Made by a program: the position numbers and the translations under genes
Assembly (NCBI GenBank): GCA_013239625.1
Contig: MU056134.1
Span: forward strand, 2,492,477 to 2,556,476
Direction: 5' to 3'
DNA: 64,000 bases
From: Lama guanicoe
Taxonomy: Eukaryota
Notes under the pieces: generated by a model
What the model saw: the letters and a program-made list of their open reading frames with translations, nothing else
What the model was told of the DNA's origin: nothing
Databases searched by the model: none
In this document: positions 31,501 through 43,500 of the stretch, piece by piece
How the letters are laid out: every line of letters begins with the position of its first letter
Numbering within the stretch: position 1 is the stretch's first letter

Positions 31501-34500
31501 TAGTTGGAATTGGAACAAGATTCCTGAGGGACTTCGAGAAATGTGCATTTAAAGCAAAAATATATCAACCCCTTGCACCACGTCTGTGACCTTATGTGTT
31601 AAAAGAATGAGTGTGAATTTAAAGAGTGTTGCCCCACCCTGCATCTTTAATAGACCTGTGCTTGAAGTTTGAAATCAGTTTTCCAAAAACTGTCTGATCT
31701 GTAGCAGCAGCTTCTATAAGTTATAAATGTCCTGCTTTGTAATGTTGTAACAAAGTATTTAGCTGAATAACGTAAGCATTCATGATTGCTGAAGAATTAA
31801 AATCTATTAGATGTAATGATCACTGATAAATGGCTTAATAGTTCTTTTTCAGAGCTAATCTCTTCAACTTTATGTGTGTGTGTTATAAATGTGATCACAG
31901 GGGAAGTTGTTCAAGGCAAATAAGTAAAATAAAAAGTGAATTCAGAGGAAAAATTAAGGTTTTTCTCTGAATGTGGAGGGAGACGAGCCTTCCTATTTCA
32001 TGAAGCTACTATATTGGTGACTGTGTTACTTTGTAATTTTCTATATAGCTGCTATTTTCTTTCTTTTTTAAAATAAAATTTGTTGTTTTTGTCTGATTGT
32101 AAATGTAATATATGTTTACTTGGAAAATATAGAGAAGCATAAACAAGTAAAAAAAAATTCCGTAACCAATGGTAAGCACTATTAATATTTTTCTTTTACA
32201 AAATTGTGATAATGCTGTACTTACTGTTTTGTAACCTGCCTTTTTCCCTCAACAATTTATTGTGACCATTTTCTCATGTTGTTAAATTTTCCACTAAAAC
32301 ATGATTTTTTACAGCTGGCTTAGTGTTCCATTACAGAGAACTTTATTTGATTTAACATCTCCTAATGCTGGCAGATTGTTTGGTATCATAAAGCTGCAAG
32401 GAGTGCCTTTCTATGTAAATATTTGTATACACCTGACAATTTCCTTAGGATAAATTCCTAGAAGGGCAATTGCTGAGTCAATTGAATGTTTTTTTTTTTT
32501 TTAAAGGCCTTTGGTACTTGATGCTGAATCATTCTCCAGGGAAAAACTAGTTGTATGCCTTCTAGCAGAGTATGTTCATTTCTCTATATCCTAAGCCATC
32601 CTGGTTATTACGGTTATTATTGTCATCATCATCATCATTATTTCAGCTATTTATTTTTGAATAGGAAATGTCTTTCTGTAGTTCAAATTTAAAAGATGTA
32701 AGAGTATACAGTACAGTCTCCTTCCTTTGTCCCTCAGCCACCTGGTTTCCCATCCCCAGAAGCTAGCACTTTATTAAAGATATCTCTCCAGAGGTGCTTC
32801 AGCATATATAAACAAGTACAAATAACCTCTCACTCCTGCACATGCATGCTGTTTTTACGTAAATAATGTCCTCTACACACTGTTCAGCACTGCATTTTTC
32901 CCAGTTAACATCTTAAGATCATTCTTAACGTCAGTACGTAGATGGCTTCCTCATTCTTTGTTTACAGGTACATGGTATTCCATTTTATGGATATAATAGT
33001 AATTAATTAGTGCCCTCTGGATCAACATATAAGTTTCCTGTTTTTGCTGTTTCAAACAATTCTGTGATGAGAAACCTTGCGTATATGTTTTGCACATACC
33101 TATAGGATAAAAGATTATATCTGTAGGATAAATTCCTAGAAAAGGAATTGCTGGGACAGTGGAGCTATAGATGTATGTATCAAAAGATGTGTATACTGCT
33201 ACATTGCCTCCATAATCATGAGACCAATTTACACTCCCACCAACAGACAGGTGTGAGAATGCCCATTATCCCACTCCTGTGCCAACTCAGCATGCCATCA
33301 ATTTTATTTTCCTTTGCTAATCTGATGGGTTAAAAATGACGTCTCAGTAGAGTTTTAACTTTCATCTTGCTGATTATGAATGAGGTTGGGCATTTTTTCA
33401 TCTGTTTAAGAGCCATTTATATTTCCCATTAGAATTTTTTATATCATTTGCTTATTTTTCTACTGAATTATTGGTTGTCATCTTATTGATCAGTAGGAAC
33501 TGTTCATAAAGTAAAGAAATGAGCCCTTTGCCTGTAGTAGGAGTTGCACATATTTTTTCCAGTTCAATGTTTGTCTTTTGATATTGCTTTTACTGGTTTT
33601 TGCTGCAATTAAATTTTTTTATTTTTAGGCGGTCAAATTTATTAACCTTTTATGACTTCTGGGTTTTGTGTCATAATTAGAAAGGTATTTCTCACTCCAG
33701 CATCGTATAGTTTCTTCTAGTGCTCTTATAGTTTCATTTTTTATATTAAGATTTTGATCCGTTTGGAATTTATCCTAATGAAAGGTTTATCATATATGAA
33801 CAACCAGCTTTATTTTTATTCAGTGGCTACTTGTCCCAATACTTTTATTGACATATCCCTATCTTTTCTCCAGTGATTTGAGATGCCATCTTTCTGATTA
33901 TTATTAATTCTTGCCAATTTGGTGGTAGAAAAAGTAGCCCTTTTATGGTTTCATTTTCATGGATTTGACTACCTGTGAATTAAGTATGTTTTCCCCCATA
34001 TCATTAGTGTTTCTTCTTTTGTGAATTTCTGTTTGTTCCACTCACACTTTATTATGTGCAGGGTTATGCGCCTCCGTTTTCATTTACCTTTGTATTGTTT
34101 GTGGCTGAAGCTGTGTCTGAAGCTGCTGTCTTCAAAGTGCTTTGCATATTTATTTCCTCACTTGATCTTCACAGCCCTGCTCTAATGCCCTTAAAAATGA
34201 AGCCCAAAGAGATCCAGTAACTTCCCCGATTTCATACAGTCTTCAGTGGCAGAACCCCTACTACCTGAAAAAAGAAATACTCTGAAGATGCTAGTTTCTG
34301 TGAATACCTTTAACCAGTTCATTGTTCTGCAGGGAGTGTCACATTCAAGGCCCCACACTGAGGACATTTCACTGTGTTACGCCAATCGCTCTGCAGCCCT
34401 CTTCCACCTGGGTCAGTATGAAGTGAGTATCCGGATGCCTGGTGTGATTAGAGAGGATCTGCAGGGGGTTCCCTGGAGGACTAGTCCTTCATCCCTGCTT

Positions 34501-37500
34501 CTCCCTTAGAACACTGAGATTGGGCCATGCTGCAGCTTGTTGAATTGAAAGCAGATCGATATCCTCCCAAACTTGTTCTTTCTCCTGATTCATGTCAGCT
34601 GTCACAGGTGATGCTGTAGGGGTAGTGCTGGTCGGCAAGAAAGAGTCAGGCACATTCCGCAGGGCCATGGACTGTGCCCTGCGGGTCAGCTCAGTGTCAA
34701 GATCAGCTGTGAGAAATGTTACTAGTTACTAAACCCTCCCAAGTGTTTGCAAAGTATTTACTTGTTTTTTTTTTTAAATAAGTAGATGAGCATGTTCAAG
34801 AGTATCCCTGCAATAATACAGCTCCCCCTCAATATGCATTTTGAATGGGAAAGTAAAAGTTGCACTGAAATACCTACTAGGGGGGCTTTAGATGAATGTC
34901 GTTCTCCTCATCCCCCAATTGAAGTCTAAGGACAAACTCTAAAATGCCATTTTGGTACATCCATTTTGGAATTCTACAAAAATTTAAACTATACCCTGGA
35001 GTTAAGGACGATTTGAGTAATCACCAGTTCACACTTACGCCCTTTGGACAAAAAGGGAAGAGCAAGACTCTAAGCCCTAAGCGAGAGAGGCCTGGGCGAT
35101 GGCCCAGGGGACAGCGATGGGAAGACTTTGTGGATCATTTAGCCCTTTGTAGCTTCCCTATGCTGGTTATACTTCTCCTTCCCTTCTTGTAATAATGATT
35201 CCTTTATATTGAGCACATGCTGTCTTCCAGGCACTCTTTTTAACACTTTAGATCTATTACCTTACTTTCATTTTATTTCAACCCTGTGATGTATTATTAT
35301 CCCTGTTTTTCAGATGAGAAAACTAAGACACTGAGAAATTAATTCACTTGCATAAGGTTATACAGCTAGTAAGAGACAGAGTCTGTCCTGGAATGCAGGT
35401 CTTTTTGGCCTCAAAAACTGCCCTCTTAATCACCATACTGATTCTTCTATCTGTAAGACTTTTGTCCTTAGAATCAGAAATACTTAATGTCAGTTAAACA
35501 TAGTATCTTCAGCATGTGTTTCTGTTCATTCATAAAAAGATCACAGTAGAATATGACTTAAAGAAATAAGCACATGATTGTTTTTAATAATCCTTAACTT
35601 ACCTGTAGGTTTTTGTTAAGACTTTCAAGTGGATGTTGAAGAGTAGGGACCAAGGGTCATTTGGGGATTTCCTTTCTGCTTTCAGACATGCCTTAAAGAC
35701 ATCAACAGAGCACAGATGCATGGATATCCAGAAAGATTGCAACCCAAGATGCTGTTGCGTAAGGCAGAGTGTCTGGTGACCCTGGGGAGACTACCCGAGG
35801 CAAGCCAGGCCATCAGTGATCTTGAAAGTAACTTTGCTGCCAAACCGACCTTAGCAGCTTCCCAATTGCAGATTCTGCAGAGAACCCTCTGTCGTCTGAA
35901 AATCAAGGTACAAGAAAAGGAGAATCTCACAGAAGCCTTCCCAGCAGCTCTAACCAAAGCCTTTGAGGATGTGGACCTAAGACAAGAGAATAAACAGATT
36001 TCCAATGCATCATCATCTGTCAGCTTATGCACAGACCCTTTAAAAGGCCGCTATCTGGTGGCCACAAAAGATATCCTCCCAGGAGAGCTTCTAGTGAAAG
36101 AGCATGCTTTTGTAAGTGTCCTTAACCCAGGAGAAATGCCACCACGACATCGTGGCCTAGAGAGCAAGTGGGACACCAGAGTTACCACTGGGGACCTCTA
36201 CTGTCACCGATGTTTGAAGCACACCTTGGCCACAGTTCCCTGTGACGGATGCAGCTATGCCAAGTACTGCAGCCAGGAGTGCATGCAGCAGGCCTGGGAC
36301 CTCTACCATAGTGTAGAGTGTTCTCAGGGGGCGCTGCTTCTAGCACTGGGTGTTTTTTGCCACATTGCCCTGAGATCAACTCTTTTAGCTAGATTTGAGG
36401 ATGCTGGCAAAGTCATGAAGCTTTGTGGTGAGAGTAGTAACAGGGACATCTGTTTACCTGAAAGCAAGAACCTGGTACAAATGCTCAGTTATGACCTGGG
36501 AGGGGAGAGTGAGAAAAAGGGTAAAACAGTTGAGGCCCCAATTCCTGGATGTGATATTAATGGGAAGTATAAAAATAATTATAATGCTGTCTTCCATCTT
36601 TTACCCCATACTGAAAACCACAGTCCAGAGCACAAATTTCTCTGCGCTCTAAGTGTTTCTGCGCTGTGCAGGCAGCTCGAAGCAGCCAGTTTACACGTCT
36701 TCACAGCAGCTCCGAAAACATGTAGGCTGAAAGCAGTAGAGGCTCCTGCATTGTGTCCAGAGTTGAGTGTTTGGGGAGTGGCCATGCTGAGACACATGCT
36801 ACAGCTGCAGTGTAATGCTCAGGCAATAACCACCATACAGCAGACAGGTAAGAGGGAAACTCTTTTGTGCCTTACAGCATTGTCCTTGATGTAGCTAATG
36901 TTTGGGGAGAAAGAACTGTAAAGGAGAACAGCAGCATTCAAACAGATCAGTGGCCTAATGGGAAAATACGGCTATTTTTTCATGGTTATGCCATTGCGAA
37001 GCTATGTGACCTTAAATTATTGAGCCCACTGTGCCTCAGTTTTCTCATCTGTAAAATGGGTAGTTTAATCTTACCTGACTTTACAAAGTTGTGAAGGTGA
37101 TGTATTTGTTTGTAAAAGTACTTTAAATCTGAAAGTCCTATTATCCTATTAATTGTTCATTGTGAAGGAAAATGGAAACAATGGATGTACAAGACTGCAG
37201 AAGGAGCAGAGTTTGTGGTTAAAGTATCAAAATCTTAACTCACCCCGTGACACAACTACTCTGTTTCTTCTCTTTCCAATTGACAGATTTTTTTTTTCCA
37301 TTCTTCTGTTTTAAATTTCCAAGAGAGGAATCGCCCCACACAGCTTTTCACATAATGCTGCCATCAGCTGTTGACCAGCCTGTATTTGGGCTGGCCCCTG
37401 GTCAGGTGGCCAGCAAGCAGGGGGCAACCTCTAGACACAGCCCAGCCCAGCCCTGCTTTCCTGAACCAGACCCTATAGATGAGGCTCTTAAGGTAGATGG

Positions 37501-40500
37501 GGAGGTTCCACATGCCCAGCATGATGAGTGACGTCTCTAATACAACTGTACTGACAGCAGAGATGCTATTATTACAAAAGAAGTGGTGTTTCCAGTATTT
37601 CTATCGTATGATCTCCCTTTTAGCAGATAATATGTCTCAGTCCAATCAGTTCATTATACTCCTCTCAATTTCCTATTTAATTCTATTGAGGGGAGGAATT
37701 AGGTCATATCTAACCCTGGGACTTATAGACAGATTAATATTAAATGTGGCTTCACTAAACTATACATGCTTAGCTCTTTTGCTCTTCTGATGTTAGGTAA
37801 CCTAGAATTTTGTCAACCTTTTGCCTGTATATTTTTCTCTTTAATTTTAATTCAGCTGCCAAGTTATTTAGTGTGTAAGTATTTCATTATAGGTGTTTTG
37901 GGGCAAGACTCTCTTCCCCATCCTGAAGCACATGGAACATCCAAAAATAGCACTGGCCTCATCCCATGAGACAGCAGAATCACACTGCAAGCTAGTCTCC
38001 ATTTCCTTGTCTGCCTTCTTTTGCTGCTTTGAGTCATTGCTACCTTCTAAAATATATCTGTTGAGTGTTTTTCCAGAACTGTTTTCCCTTGGGTACATTC
38101 ACTGGCATTTTTAAAAGTACTGTTTTCATTTTGTTCTGTTTTTCTAAATATAAAAAATAGTACACAGAGCTTCCAGATTATATGGCAGAAAGTTACCAAC
38201 TCTTGATTCTATTGTGTCTTGCCTCTAAAATACTTGGTAGAGCATACAAAAAAGATACAAATGTCAGCAGCTCTGAAAACTGGGAACTACTATCTGGGTA
38301 AACACTAGTAGCTACCACTAAGCCAGACTGAATCCCTGAGGCAAGACGGCACAGCCACAGGGACAGACGGAAGTGTTTTCCATCCACTTTCCTCTCCTGG
38401 CCTCCCCCCGTACAGTCAAAGAATCTTAGCCTAAATGCTTGTGCTCGTTGTACATGACATTGCATTACATTCAGTTTTTCATATGCACAGCGAGTTTTGG
38501 GTAAAATCTTTCACAAGTTGTTAAGATGGAATTTTTAGATAGTAAGAGCATGTGCAGCTAGGAATACCTGTATTTTCCGTGGCTAAAAAGGACTAGAGAA
38601 ACAGATACGTAGCATAATACTGGCTACCTAGAATGATGGAAAGAGGATTGGAGACTCTGTCTTCATCTATGGGGTTCTAATATTTTATGCATAATTTATT
38701 CTGAACTTATATGATGTTTTAAATATATACACATAGAAAAAATAAACTATAAGCAAAAATACCAAGATCTTAATTAACAATTATGAATTCTGAAAGTGGA
38801 AATATGGATGATTACTACTTTCTTCCTTGAACTTTTCTATATTTTTTAAAATTAAGAACACTTATTCACATAGTGGTAGCATTATTCTAGAAAATTTAAA
38901 ATGGGTTGTATACCTTTGCCTTCATTCTAGAGAGGTTTTTTGAAAAACAGCAAAAGATAGAAAGATGATAGAAAGTGAGTCTCCAATGGTAAATAGAAAC
39001 AGGCTACCAAACTCTATTAAATGTATCTTTCAGAATGGGTCAAAGAGATTAAAATCCAACTATATTCTGTTTATAAAGGTGACACAACACTAAGTGTTTG
39101 GGAAAGACATGTCAGGAATCACAAGCAAATCAGGATATTAATACTAAAATGAAAAGTAAAACTCAAGGTATCTTGTAAAACAAAGAAGGCATTTTATTTT
39201 TGTAAAGGAGACTCTTCTGAAATATATCATCAACCTTAGCTCTTAGAAACATAGAGTGTGTCTATAAAACAAAAGCGGTTAAGTGTACAAGGAGAAACTG
39301 GCAAAAACTCCATAGTTGTGAGAAACTAATATACCACACTGATCAAATATATTAAAGATAAGGATCTAGAAACCAAGATAACATAATTAAATACAGGATT
39401 CAGAGATACAGCCATCCAAGCTTATGTCCTGTAGACCAGGGTTTGTGGCCAACTTTTTCTGCAAAGGGCCAGATAGTAAATATTTGGGGCTTTGCAGGCT
39501 ATGTGGTCTCTTTTTGCAACTACTCAGCTGCCCTTGCAGCATGAAAGCAGCCATAGACAGTACACAAACAAATCAGCCTGGCTGGGCTCCGATAATACTT
39601 CATTGCAGACACTGAAAGTTGAACTTACTATAATTTTTCATGTTTCATGGGAATTATTCTGTACATATTTTTTCAACTACTTAAAAATGTAAAACACATT
39701 CTTAGACCACATATGCACACAAACAGGCAGCAGGCAGGATATGGCCCACAGGCTACAGTTTACAGACTCCTGATAGAGACAAAGATTTGGCAAATCTAAG
39801 GGAAAACACAAAATTGGAAACAATGAAGGTGATATAGCCAATAATATAAATGTACTTTAAAATTTATAGCAAATATTTAATTTGATTTTAGATTATTGAA
39901 TTTGAAAATGCTAAGTAGACAACTTTGTAGAAAAATATAAATTGCCTAAATTTTTCCAGAGGGCAGAAAATATTTCAGAATTCCAGTAATTGTGGAAGAA
40001 ATTGAAAAAATTATCAAAATATTTCCATAAAAACAAGCCAGACCCACTCTTTTCCGTGTGAGTTCTTTAAAACTTTTAAGGAACATATTAGCCACATTTT
40101 TTAAAAATAAAGAAAAGGAAAAAGTATCTCTCGAGGAACAGATCATTTTTATACAATACAATGCCCTGTTGCAGGGCGTGGGGGAACATAGAACCCTTCC
40201 CCACACATTTTACAAAGCCAAGAATAAAAACTCCATGGACCAGTCTCACTTGTGAATATAAATGTAGAAACCCTGAAAAAAATTGTTGCTATGTCACATC
40301 CAGCAGCTTATTAAAGGAGCAATAATATATGACCAAGTAGGATTTCTTCCAGAAATGCAGGGGTATTTTAATCTGAAGGAGTATAAAAGGTTTAGATAAA
40401 TGCAGAGACATGCCATATTCTTAGAAGGAAAGACTGAAAACTGTTTTTCAGTTTCCCCCCATTAACCTAATCTGTCGAATGCAATTTCAAACAAAATCAC

Positions 40501-43500
40501 AATTGGCTTTTTCTTAAAATTTGACAGTGATTCTAAAATTCGTCTTGAATAAGTGGGTAAGAATAGCCTTTTTGTTTTTAAAGAGTACTGAAGGGGCTTG
40601 GTACTATCAGATTTCATATCCGCATTAAGTAACAATAATTAAAAACAGTGTGATACTTACATGATAGCCCCCCAAATGTATTAGATTCTTTCTTCAAATC
40701 ATTAAAAAGTTAAATATTGAAAAATTAAATCATAAAATATCTAGAAAAAGATAAGTGAACATTTACATAGTCTTAGGGTGAAAGAAGCTGTCTAAAGTAC
40801 ATAACACTGAATTTGGTAATTAAAAGATAGCTAGATTTAGTGGGGGATGGTATAGCTCAAGTGGTAGAGTGCATGCTTAGCATGCATGAGGTCCTGGGTT
40901 CAATCCCCAGTACCTACTCTAAAAACAAATAAATAAACCTAATTACCACCCCCCCACACACACAAAGATAGCTAGATTTAACTTAAATACCAAGTTTCAA
41001 AAACACTACAATCAGTTAAGTAAAGAAGATAGAGAATGGAAGTGAAAGAGATCCTGGAAGGAATGAAAACACTGGACTGGAAGGCAGCAGACCTGAGTTC
41101 CCATTCCACTCTAACCACTAACACTCAGTATAAAGTTGGTCAGGTTACTGAACCTCTATGTGGTTCAGTGTCCTCACATGGATAATGAGAGAATTGGATG
41201 AAGGCCTCAAGGGAAGATTATTTGCAAAAATGATCACGACAGTTTCTCCCACCTGTATGTTTGCCCCTTTTGCTTTTTCTACCATCAAGTGGTGGAATGT
41301 TTCCCCTGCCCTTGAATGTGGGCCAGCCCCAAACTTTGCTTTGATGGATGGGATGCAATAGAAGTGACATCATGTGACTAAGCTCTTAAGCTTTGAGTCT
41401 AAGCTTAAGAGACTTTGCAACTTCCACTGTCACCTTAAAATGACAGTGTGGCCTGTGAACATGCCTGGGCTAGCTCCCTCAGGACAGAAGACCACGTGCC
41501 AGATGATTGCAATCATATGAGTAATCCCAGACAAAACCAGCAGCAGCGATGTTCAGCTGAGCTCAGATTTGCTGACATGCAACAATGTAAGCAAATGAAA
41601 TAGTTGTTTTAATACTTCCCACCCCAAAAAAACCATAAACCAAAATTGAAACGTGAGTGACAAAATGAGACATTTCAAGCAACTATACAACACTTAAAAT
41701 CAACTTTTAGAATTACGTATAAGTGATGAAAATGGTCTAAAACTGGATTGTGGCAGTGGTTGCACAGCTTATGTAAATTTCCTAAAAACTCGTTGAACTA
41801 GTTCACTTAAAATAGGTGAACTTTATGGTATATAAATTATATCACAATAAAGCTGTTAAAATATATACATAAGCAAACACTTTATCAAAATAGTAAGTAA
41901 TAAAAATTGTCATGTCTAACCTCTCTCTAGTAATTAAGACAAGGTATCATTTTATCCCTTTCAGATTGGCAGAGTTGCTTTGTTGGTTTGGTGTTTTTTT
42001 TTTTTTTTTAAGTTAAAAGAAATAACTCACAAATCACTGTATGCACCATGTTGCCAATTGTGTTAAGGATTCCATATGTAAAGGCTAGAAAGAAGACTGC
42101 GGGAGAATGCACCAAAATCTTACGGCTGACTGATAGGATTATAACTGACTTATTTTCTCTGTAATTTTGTGTTTTTAAATTTTTTCTGACTACTGTGTAT
42201 TTCTTTGGTAATTTTAATTAGTTTCTTTAAGTGGTAAAGATAATTCTGATGATATGAGCATTTTTTTTTACATGAACCTTTTTAGGGCACTTGATAAATG
42301 CAGCAAAATTGCCCTCCAGGAAAGTTGTACCAGTTTCACGCCCACCAGCAGTGTTCACTTTCATTTTTGAATTCAATCTAATTTTGTTTCAGTCTGCTAA
42401 TATTTCTAATCTTGTTTTATCCCTTTTTATTATTTCTTTGGGGTTCCAACACCTCCCAGTTTAGTGCTCTCATTGAATTTCATTAGCAGCTGTTTCATTA
42501 GTAGCACAGAAGAAGGATTAAAGTGTTAAGTTGGATAGAGTTTGACAAAAACCTATAAAAATGTATGTTATTATCTTTGCATAAATCCTATTTAATCAAA
42601 GTCCCTCAGCAACCTCTCTTTGGTACTTTTAAGGGACAGAACTGACCACTGATGATATTCTAGACCCTGGTATGTCTGGATCTACCTTGGTGGGAGTGGC
42701 ATATTCGTTATGTGTCTGGATTCATGCGTACGAGGATTAATGAGGGTCTGCGCAGGTTCAGATCAATTTCACTGCCCTTTGCTTTCACTCTTCAGCAAGT
42801 GAGGAATCTGCCTTCACTGTGGGTCCTTGATTACTTGATATACACATAATTCTTGTTTTATAAAATATCTACCAGAATAGGAACATTCTGGAAGTACTGT
42901 AAATGAATCTTGTTTTCTTTACTTGAGTCTCATTTTAATGTACCAGGAATATTAGCAGGGTACACTTTTGGTAAAATAATCAAGTCTTTTTTGTTTTTTG
43001 TTTGTTTTATGCACAAAATGTCACATATTAAATTTGGTTGATATGGTACATAAACATTCTCACTTTCTACAATCTGCTGGCTGATGGCTAATGCAAAATA
43101 TTGAATAATTTGTAAAATCAATACTTAATTTTTTAGAAATAATTAGAGAGAGATTCAACCCTGACATTAAATACTCACCCCACTCAGTTCCTGGTCTTAC
43201 TTCTGTTAGAAGATAATCCATAAATAATTCACAAAGCTGACATTATTCACAGTATTGTGAAAATTTTTTCTGGGAAAATTTTAGCAGCTGTTCTAATATG
43301 GATTGTCAGTTGTCAGTAGTTGGGAACGCAAGTCAACTTTTAATTATGCAGAGGCTGGTTATTCAGACTACAAACTGTTCATGCCCTGTGCTGCTCCTTC
43401 CTGCTGCCCTCCCTCCCCACCTGTTAGCATTTTCACTGCTCATTAGCACATATACCAGAAGGTAGGCATTGGACGGGGTGGGGGAGACACTAAAATCATT

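Noticed and set aside
35716-36894. 392-aa ORF as a stand-alone gene or retrocopy
   Set aside because: It is the large internal SMYD4 exon, with splice sites at 35686 and 36847; the last residues are intron read-through
37517-37570. ATGATGA ... CTGA, possible C/D box snoRNA
   Set aside because: The boxes are only ~25 nt apart, with no terminal stem closing them and no recognisable rRNA complementarity
42645-42770. TGATGA-initiated intronic segment as a snoRNA candidate
   Set aside because: No D box (CTGA) at a suitable distance and no terminal stem
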